NCBI GenBank assembly: GCA_011364965.1
Contig: RDOB01000002.1
Span: forward strand, 403,317 to 467,316
Direction: 5' to 3'
Source of the DNA: Candidatus Heimdallarchaeota archaeon
GTDB lineage: Archaea; Asgardarchaeota; Heimdallarchaeia; Hodarchaeales; Hodarchaeaceae
Length of the DNA stretch: 64,000 nt
Shown piece by piece: positions 10,321 through 19,259 of the stretch; position 1 is the first letter of the stretch; each line of letters starts with the position of its first letter. Below the pieces are notes generated by a model. The model ran no database searches. It was given only the letters and a program-made list of their open reading frames with translations, and was not told the DNA's origin. The translations under genes were made by a program, and so were the position numbers.

Positions 10321-11322
10321 GTGGCAGATCCTACATTAGCTATAGCCGCTCTAGGTTTGGGTTTTTTCGTTGCATTTACGATTGGGGCCAATGATGAAAC
10401 AATGACTCCGGCAGTTGGAGCTGGATTGCTCTCATTAAGTATTGCTGTTTTAATTGGAGGAATATTCAATTTTATAGGAGTTTTTTTCCTCGGTGAATCT
10501 GTTTCGAAAACGGTGGGGAATAAATTCACAGATCCCAATTTTACATTATCTCTATCCATGGTTTTTGTAATTTTGATATCAATGGCGATTTGGCTATTTA
10601 TCGTTTCAATCAAAGGAGTACCAATTTCATCAACTCAAAGTATAGTCGGCAGCGTTTTGGGCGTTGTACTTATTCAACCTGGGTGGGGATTAGCTGCGCT
10701 AAATTTTGACACACTTTTTCTTGTAGTAGCTAGTTGGGTCATCAGTCCAATATTAGGATTGCTAGGAGGTTATGGGTTTTATCGTTTCATTAATTTCCTG
10801 AGGTCACAAGTAAAAACACAGGGATACTCGGATTATGAAAAACAGGAAAAAATCGCTGCTTATATCTTAGCTATATTTCTATTATTTTCTGTTTTCAGTC
10901 GGAGTGGCAATGATGTAGCAAAAGCGATCGGACCATTAATGGTTGAAGATCTATTCTTAAATGATCCATTACCTGCTTTAATTGCAGGAGGATTCGGAAT
11001 GTGCTTAGGTGTTATTATTTTGGGTCGTAGAGTGGTTAAAAAACTTGCTCTGGATGTTGTAGCCCTTTCTCCGATGTCTGCACTGGCTGCTAGTGTATCA
11101 GTTTCAATTATTATGTTTTTTGGTACTTTGATGGGAATCCCGCTATCAGGATCCCATATATTAGTTGCTGCATTCATTGGTGTCGGGTTTGTCAATAAGG
11201 AGAAAGTAGATAAAGATTCGCTAAAGGAAATAGGAATTAGCTGGATTATAACCACACCAATTTCAGCGGTCTTCTCAGCTTTAGTATTCATTATATTTGG
11301 ATTTTTTGGTTTAAATTTCTAA
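10321..11322 (+). CDS. pit: Inorganic phosphate transporter, PiT (PHO4) family
   Basis: Duplicated GANDxxxxxxxxxG signatures (TIGANDETMTPAVGAG and RSGNDVAKAIGPL). Polytopic membrane protein. GTG start. Confidence 0.85.
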   Translation: MADPTLAIAALGLGFFVAFTIGANDETMTPAVGAGLLSLSIAVLIGGIFNFIGVFFLGESVSKTVGNKFTDPNFTLSLSMVFVILISMAIWLFIVSIKGVPISSTQSIVGSVLGVVLIQPGWGLAALNFDTLFLVVASWVISPILGLLGGYGFYRFINFLRSQVKTQGYSDYEKQEKIAAYILAIFLLFSVFSRSGNDVAKAIGPLMVEDLFLNDPLPALIAGGFGMCLGVIILGRRVVKKLALDVVALSPMSALAASVSVSIIMFFGTLMGIPLSGSHILVAAFIGVGFVNKEKVDKDSLKEIGISWIITTPISAVFSALVFIIFGFFGLNF

Positions 11323-11356
11323 AATTCTCAATTCTATTATTCGTTGGAACATAATA

Positions 11357-13492
11357 ATGGAAAATCAAGAAACAAAACCGAAATTAATTGAAATTTCTTT
11401 CCCCTTTTCTTCAGTTAGCTTAATAGCATATAAAGAAAGTAATGCAAAAAGATATTATCGACCTGTTTTGACCCTACACAAATGGTTTGCTCGTCGACTT
11501 AGCTCTGTATTTAGATCGATATTAATTTACTCAGCACTTAGTGAAAAGTCAATTAATACAATGAACATGATCAATGCATCGGAATTAGAGAAATTTTGGA
11601 CTTTCTACTTGAAAGAGTATGATTTTAAAGATATAATCGTTTTTGATCCTTTTATGGGTGGTGGTACAACAATTATTGAAGCAGTTAGGCTTGGCTTTTC
11701 GGTCATAGGTGGTGATTTAAATCCAGTTGCATGGTTTACTGTGAAGAAACAATTAGAGAGTGTAGATCTTGAAGTTTTAAATTCAAATTATAATCGAATT
11801 GTGGAAAGTCTTTATCCTGAAATTCAAGATTATTATAAAACGATATGTACGAAGTGTTCACAAGAATCGAATGTGATGTATTTTTTTTGGATAAAAAGAG
11901 TGAGATGTGAAAAGTGTGAAAATAAAATATCCCTCTTTCGGAGTTATTTATTTGCATACGACCGAAATGATTCCCAACGCGCCTTTTTCATATGCCCAAA
12001 TTGCGCAGCTATTTTTAATACTGAAAATAAAGAAAAAATAGCTTGTAATGTATGCTTATATACTTTCAAGAAATCCAAATCGAATGTAACAAGAGGAAAA
12101 TACCACTGTCCAGAATGTAAGCATTTTGGAAGGATAATTGACTCGAATAGGAAATTTGGCCGCCCTGAAGAGTATTTATATGCTATAGAATATTATTGTG
12201 ACAACTGTGATTCAAGGTTTTTCAAAAAAGCAGACATTTATGACATAGAGGTTTATAAAAAGGCAGAGAAACGATTTAAAAAAATCGAAATCCAATTACC
12301 AATTCCATCACAGTCAGTTCCAGTTGGAGCAAAAACTCAGGAGCTTCTCAATCATCAAATCAGTCACTTCAAGTATATGTTTAATTCACGACAATTATTA
12401 ACCCTTGGTCTACTACTGGACAAAATTTTGGAGATTAAAGATAGAAATATTAGGGAATTTTTGCTTATTACTTTTTCTACTGCTCTAGAATACAATAATT
12501 TGTTATGTGAATATCATAGAAAAAATCATTATATCTACAATCTTTTCAGAAAACATGCTTTTCCAGCTACTTTGAATCCTGTTGAAAATAATGTTCTAGG
12601 AACAAGTAGGTTTGGTACTGGATCTTTTAGACAATTCTTCAAAAAAACCTTGAAAATTAAGGAATATTGTCAAAATCCTTATGAAACATATATTTCGGCA
12701 GATGGAAAAGTTCAACGGCTGTCAATGAACAAGGCAATCAATAGTCCAATAGTATATGAATTTAGAGTATTTGAGGAATCAAGAACGCCACCATATATTT
12801 ATTGTAGTTCTTCCACTCATACTGATATCCCATCCAATTATGTTGATCTAGTAATTACTGACCCTCCATATTCAGATAATGTACAATATGCTGAATTATC
12901 AGATTTTTATTATGTATGGCTTCGTATAGATCTTCAAGATCAGTATGCTTGGTTTAAACCAGAGTTCACCCCAAAAAACGATGAAATTGTTAAAAATACT
13001 AAACGTGGAAAATCAAACCTCGACTACCAAAAAGGATTGATTGCTGTTTTTCGGGATATTTACCGGGTTTTAAAATCAGATGGTCTATTAATATTTACAT
13101 TTCATCATAAACAATTGAAAGCGTGGGGTGCACTAATGGAAAGCCTTATCCAAGCAAAATTTTCCATTATAAATGTTTATCCCGTAAGAAGTGAAATGGT
13201 TACTAGTACACAAATACGAGGATCAAAAAGTATTGAAATTGATGCTATTTTTGTCTGTAAAAAGGCTTATTTTGAACCAAAATGCATTGAATGGGATTCA
13301 TTTGAATCTAATTTAATAACCAATACGAAAAAACGCATAAAGTCTTTTTCTAAGGAAAATACACTTTCCAAACAAGATCGAGCTGTCATCAAAGTTAGTG
13401 AGAGTCTTAGATTAATATCTAAGCATTATCCACATATTTATGAAAAACGGACTCACATTTCAATAATTGATATTCTCGAACGGATATTTTAA
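11357..13492 (+). CDS. DUF1156-type DNA methyltransferase with a Zn-ribbon-rich insert (paralogue B)
   Basis: LHKWFARRLSSVFRSI, motif I FDPFMGGGTTIIE, six CxxC pairs (CTKC, CEKC, CPNC, CNVC, CPEC, CDNC), motif IV VITDPPYSDNVQYAEL. Collinear with paralogue A but clearly diverged. Confidence 0.75.
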   Translation: MENQETKPKLIEISFPFSSVSLIAYKESNAKRYYRPVLTLHKWFARRLSSVFRSILIYSALSEKSINTMNMINASELEKFWTFYLKEYDFKDIIVFDPFMGGGTTIIEAVRLGFSVIGGDLNPVAWFTVKKQLESVDLEVLNSNYNRIVESLYPEIQDYYKTICTKCSQESNVMYFFWIKRVRCEKCENKISLFRSYLFAYDRNDSQRAFFICPNCAAIFNTENKEKIACNVCLYTFKKSKSNVTRGKYHCPECKHFGRIIDSNRKFGRPEEYLYAIEYYCDNCDSRFFKKADIYDIEVYKKAEKRFKKIEIQLPIPSQSVPVGAKTQELLNHQISHFKYMFNSRQLLTLGLLLDKILEIKDRNIREFLLITFSTALEYNNLLCEYHRKNHYIYNLFRKHAFPATLNPVENNVLGTSRFGTGSFRQFFKKTLKIKEYCQNPYETYISADGKVQRLSMNKAINSPIVYEFRVFEESRTPPYIYCSSSTHTDIPSNYVDLVITDPPYSDNVQYAELSDFYYVWLRIDLQDQYAWFKPEFTPKNDEIVKNTKRGKSNLDYQKGLIAVFRDIYRVLKSDGLLIFTFHHKQLKAWGALMESLIQAKFSIINVYPVRSEMVTSTQIRGSKSIEIDAIFVCKKAYFEPKCIEWDSFESNLITNTKKRIKSFSKENTLSKQDRAVIKVSESLRLISKHYPHIYEKRTHISIIDILERIF

Positions 13493-14277
13493 TCTTCCAA
13501 TCTCTTTTCTTTTTCGTAAATCCATCTTGTTAAGTACATGAAAGGCGTATCGATAATTCCAAGAATCCACTTCATAATTATTTGTCCCACAATGAGTGTA
13601 ACAATCACATCGATTGGTAATACTAAAATGGAAGCAGAAGAATCAAAAATTGCTTGTATGCTAGGCAAAATAAAGAAGGCCAATGGTATAAAGAGAAAAG
13701 AGTCAATTCCTAGACTTAATATATCACTAAATACATTTCTAACCCATAAGAACTTCCACCAATCTCTAGATTCTGTTTTTATTTCGAAATATTTCTTCAA
13801 ATTATCATAAATCCATGCATCAAATCGTTCACTTACAAAAAAACTAATCCAAGATGCTAAAGTAATAGCGGGGACTATTGCAAAACTTAATAATGGATCA
13901 TATGGCAAATATGTGTTTTCTGGCATTGGAAGCACAATAGCAAATGCTAAAGAGATAACCAGAATAATTTGAGTGATTAGGGCGATCCAGATCATTTCGT
14001 ATACCGCTTTCCGTCCAAATTTTTCATTTACCATGTCCGTTATTTGTAATGTAAAAGGAAAAACTAGTACACCTGCTGGCGCTACTACTTGAAATAACCC
14101 AAAATCAAACCAAGTTTGACTTTTAGCAGCGAAAAACTGGGCTATTGTTAAAAATAAAATATAAATTCCGAGTAGCATATGATATGAGTCTTTTTTTACA
14201 GTGTACCAAGCTCCGATATATGAAACTCCTCCTAGTAGGAAAAATATACCAAAACTAACTATTAACCCTTCAAACAT
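13489..14277 (-). CDS. YhhQ/VUT-family transporter (queuosine/archaeosine precursor transporter-like)
   Basis: Six to seven TM helices and the segment FPFTLQITDMVNEKFGRK, which is typical of the YhhQ (DUF165) family. Confidence 0.6.
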   Translation of the reverse strand: MFEGLIVSFGIFFLLGGVSYIGAWYTVKKDSYHMLLGIYILFLTIAQFFAAKSQTWFDFGLFQVVAPAGVLVFPFTLQITDMVNEKFGRKAVYEMIWIALITQIILVISLAFAIVLPMPENTYLPYDPLLSFAIVPAITLASWISFFVSERFDAWIYDNLKKYFEIKTESRDWWKFLWVRNVFSDILSLGIDSFLFIPLAFFILPSIQAIFDSSASILVLPIDVIVTLIVGQIIMKWILGIIDTPFMYLTRWIYEKEKRLED

Positions 14278-14312
14278 ACTTTTTAAACTCCTTTTTCATC
14301 ATCCAGTATTAA

Positions 14313-14480
14313 TCATCCTTGTCGTTTGTCGATCGCGTCAAGATCATCAAGTAATTTTCGTAATGCGGTACGAACTGCATCACTGAGCGAAACAAATTTC
14401 TTATCGTCCCCAATATGATTTTTAATGTCGTCTAGAATATGTTGAGGAACATCAACTGAGATTTTAGGAATATTAAACAT
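14313..14480 (-). CDS. Ribbon-helix-helix (CopG-like) DNA-binding protein, 55 aa. Not in the supplied ORF track.
   Basis: My own translation: MFNIPKISVDVPQHILDDIKNHIGDDKKFVSLSDAVRTALRKLLDDLDAIDKRQG. It shows the beta-strand / helix / helix pattern (ISVDVP..., SLSDAVRTALRKLL). It lies 35 nt upstream of the YhhQ-like gene on the same strand. Confidence 0.55.
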   Translation of the reverse strand: MFNIPKISVDVPQHILDDIKNHIGDDKKFVSLSDAVRTALRKLLDDLDAIDKRQG

Positions 14481-14618
14481 CTCCAAATGAATACAAAGAC
14501 GTATGATATTCGTGAGATATTCCCAGGGTATTCTTATATGTATTGCTTAAGTCAAATCAATTGCTAGAATGACTAAAATGTTAAATTCAGTGATAATGTA
14601 ATTTCCTTTGAATTGAAG

Positions 14619-15158
14619 TTAAATTTCCCCTTTGATTTCTAGAACCATTCGTCGAAACTTCATGAGTTCCTCCCCTTTTAATAATCCACGGGAAAATTCA
14701 TCTTCAGTTATCCGCTCATTTTTCTTTAAAGACAACAAAATCGCTTTAAACTCATCCCAACTCATTCTAGAGCTTTGAAGTGCTAACCAAGCTTCTCTAT
14801 AACTTTTCGGGGTGATATTTATTATCTTGCGTTGAGTAATGAAATTCTTGGCCCTTTTAAGAGCTCTATAATATGTATCATCCCCAATCTCATCGTTTAT
14901 AAGTTGTTTATAGACCAATGCCTTGAATTCCTTATACGATATTAGATGGTTTTCAAGTTTCATCCAAGCAATAGCATAGGATTTCGGTCTACCTACGTGC
15001 TTTTTTGAAATATACGAATATGTACTTAATGCAGAGAGGACATCATCAGGTGAAAGATTTGAGATTAGTTTCTCACATTCATTTTTTAAAGCCTCATTCC
15101 ATCCATTTTTTGTTTTTAAAAATAAAATTAGCGAATTAGGCCCTCCTTGGGATATCAT
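14619..15158 (-). CDS. Hypothetical helical protein with an internal ~52-aa duplication
   Basis: Repeat 1 is RPKSYAIAWMKLENHLISYKEFKALVYKQLINDEIGDDTYYRALKRAKNF. Repeat 2 is TPKSYREAWLALQSSRMSWDEFKAILLSLKKNERITEDEFSRGLLKGEELMKF. Confidence 0.5.
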   Translation of the reverse strand: MISQGGPNSLILFLKTKNGWNEALKNECEKLISNLSPDDVLSALSTYSYISKKHVGRPKSYAIAWMKLENHLISYKEFKALVYKQLINDEIGDDTYYRALKRAKNFITQRKIINITPKSYREAWLALQSSRMSWDEFKAILLSLKKNERITEDEFSRGLLKGEELMKFRRMVLEIKGEI

Positions 15159-15496
15159 ATTACCTCAACCCTAGAATCATTGCATTTTATATTTATTGTA
15201 AGAGATATAAAACTCTTACGGAGATATTTGTATTTAACAAGAAGTAAAATTCCAGTATATAAATAGAAAGAATGTAAGTGAAACACAGAAAAAATAATTG
15301 AAAATTGTAAAAATAGGGGAAAATAATGAATTTCACAATAGCTCTCTTACTTGATCTTTTACAAGGTGTTGCATTTGTCACATTAATGACAGTAGCAGCA
15401 TTTGAGTAATACAAGTTATATCAAAAATACCCATTTCAAGGATTACGATTATTTTTCTGGGATCTTTTACTATCTACAGCTGCTGTTTTAACAGTA

Positions 15497-15964
15497 GTGA
15501 TTATTATCGTTTTACATGTCTTCGAAATTGATATTCTTATAAAAGAATTGTTAATAAACAATTATAAGATTATTTATTCAATCGGTACAATTGGGATTGG
15601 AGCTTTTGCCTTGGGAATATATGCAATAAGACCCCATGAGAATGAAAAGGGTTGGTCAAGGACACAAATTTTTATTGGAGGGATTGGTGGATTTACTGTA
15701 GGTTTAATATTTCTAACATTGTCTTACTCTTGGTTAGATACAAACGACTTCAAGAATGGGGATATTTTTATTGAGTATAACATTTTTGTGAGTATTGGAA
15801 TCTTACTATTGGTTCTTTTGATTGGTATAAATGGACTAAGACATTACTCCTTTATTAATCGATTAAGGGAATTTCAGAGAAGACCAGTCGAATTTGATAC
15901 GAATTGGCCGCCACTTGCATATTTTTCAACGATTTGCTCTGTCATTGTACTTTTTCTCCAGTGA
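15497..15964 (+). CDS. Hypothetical membrane protein (about 4 TM helices)
   Basis: Hydrophobic segments throughout. GTG start. The stop directly abuts the next ORF. Confidence 0.45.
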   Translation: MIIIVLHVFEIDILIKELLINNYKIIYSIGTIGIGAFALGIYAIRPHENEKGWSRTQIFIGGIGGFTVGLIFLTLSYSWLDTNDFKNGDIFIEYNIFVSIGILLLVLLIGINGLRHYSFINRLREFQRRPVEFDTNWPPLAYFSTICSVIVLFLQ

Positions 15965-16492
15965 TTGCCAATAATAGAAAGTTTCCAACTTTCTCTTACC
16001 TTTGCTATACCATTGAGTTTAGCCGCGTTCGCTTTTACAAAAACTTTTCGGAAATATCCCTCTTTATTGACAATAACAATCGCAAAATTAGATTCATTAA
16101 TTATAATCAGCTCTTCTGGGATTCCATTGTTTGCTTATGATTTTAAGGAAAGGGAAGGGAATTTAGATGGTTTGGCGATTATGCTAGGTAGTGTTCTTTC
16201 AACGTTCAATATCAGTCTGTGTGAAACTCTAGATAGCGATTCTAGCTTGCTTACTATTGCTTTTCAAAATAAGGTCATTTTAATTGACTCTGAATATAAA
16301 TTCTCGATTTATTTAATATGTTCAGAGAATAATATAATAATCGCTGATTTAATAACTTTATTCGCCCAAAGATTCACGCAAAGATTTTCTATATTTATGG
16401 ACAAAGAGCTAGGCCTAACTTCAAAAGAAAAATTTCGTGATTTTTCAAAAATTGTGGAAGTACTTGCGCAATTCGCTCCACTCTGTTATTAA
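15965..16492 (+). CDS. Hypothetical protein: N-terminal TM helix followed by a possible longin/roadblock-like alpha-beta domain
   Basis: The domain assignment is inference only, from the pattern strand-strand-helix-strand-strand-helix. The segments are LIIISSSGIPLFAYDF, then GLAIMLGSVLSTFNISLCETL, then LLTIAFQNKVILI, then KFSIYLICSENN, then IIADLITLFAQRF. Confidence 0.4.
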   Translation: MPIIESFQLSLTFAIPLSLAAFAFTKTFRKYPSLLTITIAKLDSLIIISSSGIPLFAYDFKEREGNLDGLAIMLGSVLSTFNISLCETLDSDSSLLTIAFQNKVILIDSEYKFSIYLICSENNIIIADLITLFAQRFTQRFSIFMDKELGLTSKEKFRDFSKIVEVLAQFAPLCY

Positions 16493-16497
16493 AAGCT

Positions 16498-16905
16498 TTA
16501 TTTAGAATAAATATATTTTCCTGCAGCGAGGTTTTTAAGATCGATCAGAACTTTATTTGGAATATGATCAATATGCTTAAGTTTGGCTTCTTCAATTCGT
16601 AACTTCTTCAAATTTTCCGCTAATTCCCTCATTACCTCATTAAAATCTTTCAAAAGATAAACATCAATTAATTCTGGAGCATGATGCATGATCTCAAGAC
16701 GTGCTTCTGGGATATAGATAACTCCTCTTCTAACAAGTCTAAATATATGAGAGACTAAGCAACTTAACTCTTCTGGTTTTGTAACTCCTACAAGGGAAGT
16801 TATCAAATTTAAAGTTTGTCTTTCTGCTTGTCGAAAGGCTGATACGATTAATACTTCCCAAGCTAGATCTTCCACTAAGGGATCAATGTCTTGAGTATTC
16901 ATCAA
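16498..16905 (-). CDS. Hypothetical protein
   Basis: 135-aa ORF with no overlapping competitor. No recognisable motif. Confidence 0.4.
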   Translation of the reverse strand: MMNTQDIDPLVEDLAWEVLIVSAFRQAERQTLNLITSLVGVTKPEELSCLVSHIFRLVRRGVIYIPEARLEIMHHAPELIDVYLLKDFNEVMRELAENLKKLRIEEAKLKHIDHIPNKVLIDLKNLAAGKYIYSK

Positions 16906-17181
16906 TGATATAGCTGTAGAAATTATATAAATGAGCTTCTAGATAAGTCTTCCGTAGAATACGAGAATAATACTTCCTGATCAAACATAATAAATTCAGA
17001 AAAATGAATTTAAGTAATCTGGAATCTATTTCAATAATAATTCAAAGAAAGTTCTAAGTAAGGGAGTATTCTCTCTTCATTGGTTTATATACTATAAACA
17101 TTACTAGCAAGGAGTTATCATGGCCAGTTACTATTTAAACTCTATTAATATCACCAAAAATATTAGTTCGGTGCACTGTTA

Positions 17182-17847
17182 ATGCAATCGGAGATATTTA
17201 AGTTATTACTGGAAAATTATCCTAGAATGGATCCACATCATGAAACATGGGAATTATGGATGAAACCAAACAAGACCAACTTTGAATTCTATGAAGTTGC
17301 AATTGGAACAATACTCGTTCAGAATACTAATTGGACAAATGTGAATAAAGCAATAAATAATCTAAAAAATAATTCTATTACTAGCTTCAAACAGATGGTT
17401 GAATTAAATAAAGACGATTTAATTGATTTAATAAAACCTGCAGGATTTTACAGACAAAAAGCAGAATATTTACTTATTCTGAGCAATAAAATGATAGAAT
17501 TACTACAAAACAGAACCATTCCAAACCGTAGTCAATTACTTGATCTGAAAGGAATAGGAAATGAGACTGCTGATTCACTCCTAGTTTACTGCTATCAACA
17601 AGCAAGCCCCATCATTGGAACTTATACACGCAGATTTTTCGCGAGGAATGAGGGGAGTGTAGTTTATTATACTATGAGATATAATGACTTTCAATATGAG
17701 ATTGAAACTCTCTTAGGGTTAGATTTCGAAATTCTTGGTCGATTTCATGCTCTCGTTGTATGTCACTGCCAAAATTTGTGTCATAAATTGAAACCGATGT
17801 GTAAGAATTGTTTCCTTACAAACACTTGCCAAAATTCAATTTTTTAG
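17182..17847 (+). CDS. Endonuclease III-related HhH-GPD family protein with a 4Fe-4S loop
   Basis: Helix-hairpin-helix LLDLKGIGNETADSLLVY. C-terminal C-x6-C-x2-C-x5-C cluster CHKLKPMCKNCFLTNTC. Confidence 0.8.
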   Translation: MQSEIFKLLLENYPRMDPHHETWELWMKPNKTNFEFYEVAIGTILVQNTNWTNVNKAINNLKNNSITSFKQMVELNKDDLIDLIKPAGFYRQKAEYLLILSNKMIELLQNRTIPNRSQLLDLKGIGNETADSLLVYCYQQASPIIGTYTRRFFARNEGSVVYYTMRYNDFQYEIETLLGLDFEILGRFHALVVCHCQNLCHKLKPMCKNCFLTNTCQNSIF

Positions 17848-17890
17848 GAAAAGTGTATTATTCTCTTATGATATGCTATCTTATTTCAAT

Positions 17891-18418
17891 TTATTCGGCT
17901 GTAAGAATGTCCAAAAGGAGTTCATCAATCCATTGCCCATTTCGGAAAATTGCTTGCCTTCTCCTTCCCATTTCTTGAAACCCAACTTTTTTATAGCACG
18001 CTCGAGCTCGTAAGTTATTTTCAAATACAGTAAGGCCGATCGAGTGTAAATTAAGAGATTTAAAACCGAAATTTAAAATCACTTTTAAAGCATCAGATCC
18101 ATATCCCTTACCCCAATATCCAGGATTAAAAATAGCAATTCCAATCAATCCCCTCCTATTGATTTGGTTTTCAATGCTTATTTCTACATTTCCTATATAT
18201 TTATATTCTTCAGAATTAACAGTGATAGCAAAAATATAATCTTTTCCTTCTACTCGGCGCCTCCAAGTATTTCGAATCCAAGCTTCCTCTTCTTCGCGAG
18301 AATGTGGTATAATTGTAAATAAGAATTCACGAACATCTTCTCTATTCCAATATTTCATTAATTCATCCAAATCAGTTACTTCTAATCCTCTTAATGTGAC
18401 TAAATCTCCTTTATACAC
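17891..18418 (-). CDS. GNAT N-acetyltransferase (RimJ/RimL-like)
   Basis: YWGKGYGSDALKVILNFGF acetyl-CoA-binding segment. 175 aa. Confidence 0.75.
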   Translation of the reverse strand: MYKGDLVTLRGLEVTDLDELMKYWNREDVREFLFTIIPHSREEEEAWIRNTWRRRVEGKDYIFAITVNSEEYKYIGNVEISIENQINRRGLIGIAIFNPGYWGKGYGSDALKVILNFGFKSLNLHSIGLTVFENNLRARACYKKVGFQEMGRRRQAIFRNGQWIDELLLDILTAE

Positions 18419-18610
18419 TCATTTCACCAATAGATTCTAATTGTACCGAATTAAGTTTTTACTATTTTCTTATTCTTTACTCAAGTTACTGATAATAAGC
18501 AATTTGTAACAGGATTAGTTAAAAAAATATTTATCTCAACCATCTTCTAACTTATCTTAAGATTAATTTTTGGTAAATCACCTAATAATCGTAAGGCGGA
18601 AGATGAATTA

Positions 18611-19069
18611 ATGAATCTGGAAGAATTCATTAAAGAAAATGGATTAGCTGCTGAAATTATAAATACTATGTCCCCCACACTTACAGTTGAACAGAGTTTT
18701 AAATTTTTTAAATGCAATGCAGATGATATTTTGAAATCAATTGTAGTAGTTACTGATGAAGGAGAATACTATCTAGTAATTTTGCAGGGAGATAGGAGGA
18801 TAAAAACAAAAAAGCTTAAACAATTATTAAAAGTTCGAGATCTAAGATTAGCTTCTCCCAAGCAGGTTGAGGCCGTATCTGGCTATAAAATTGGAAATGT
18901 CCCTCCAATTAGTGTAAATCTTCCAGTTATCGTTGATGAATTAGTGGTAGAAAGAGATAGGATTTTTTATGCAGGAGGAGGAGCAGCCTCTCGAAGTATA
19001 AAAATTGAATTGAATGAATTATTGGATTGTACGCATCCTCTTATTGCTGATGTGTCTACTCCTCTATAA
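18611..19069 (+). CDS. YbaK/ProX-type aminoacyl-tRNA deacylase domain protein
   Basis: 152 aa. SGYKIGNVPPI and the YAGGG segment are typical of YbaK/EbsC editing domains. Confidence 0.65.
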   Translation: MNLEEFIKENGLAAEIINTMSPTLTVEQSFKFFKCNADDILKSIVVVTDEGEYYLVILQGDRRIKTKKLKQLLKVRDLRLASPKQVEAVSGYKIGNVPPISVNLPVIVDELVVERDRIFYAGGGAASRSIKIELNELLDCTHPLIADVSTPL

Positions 19070-19259
19070 AATGGGTTATGAATGATAATAAAATGTTTAT
19101 TCTTTGATCATTCATATAAATTAATATCTAGGGACTTGATTAAATCTACTAAAGGTAGATTCACAAAGCAAGAATATGATGAGAGAATAAAATATCAATG
19201 TAAACGATATAGCAAGAAACTAGTTCAAGAAGAGCATTATTAAGATAGGATAATTCTCC

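Noticed and set aside
10314-11291. Minus-strand ORFs 10314..10613 and 10860..11291
   Set aside because: They are antisense to the PiT transporter, which carries both GAND signatures.
5192-13492. The methyltransferase block as a mobile genomic island or classical restriction-modification system
   Set aside because: No integrase, transposase, tRNA border, flanking direct repeats or restriction endonuclease motif could be found in or around the block.
19137-19253. Possible 35-aa TTG-initiated ORF (..STKGRFTKQEYDERIKYQCKRYSKKLVQEEHY)
   Set aside because: Non-ATG start, no SD and no recognisable family. It cannot be distinguished from chance.
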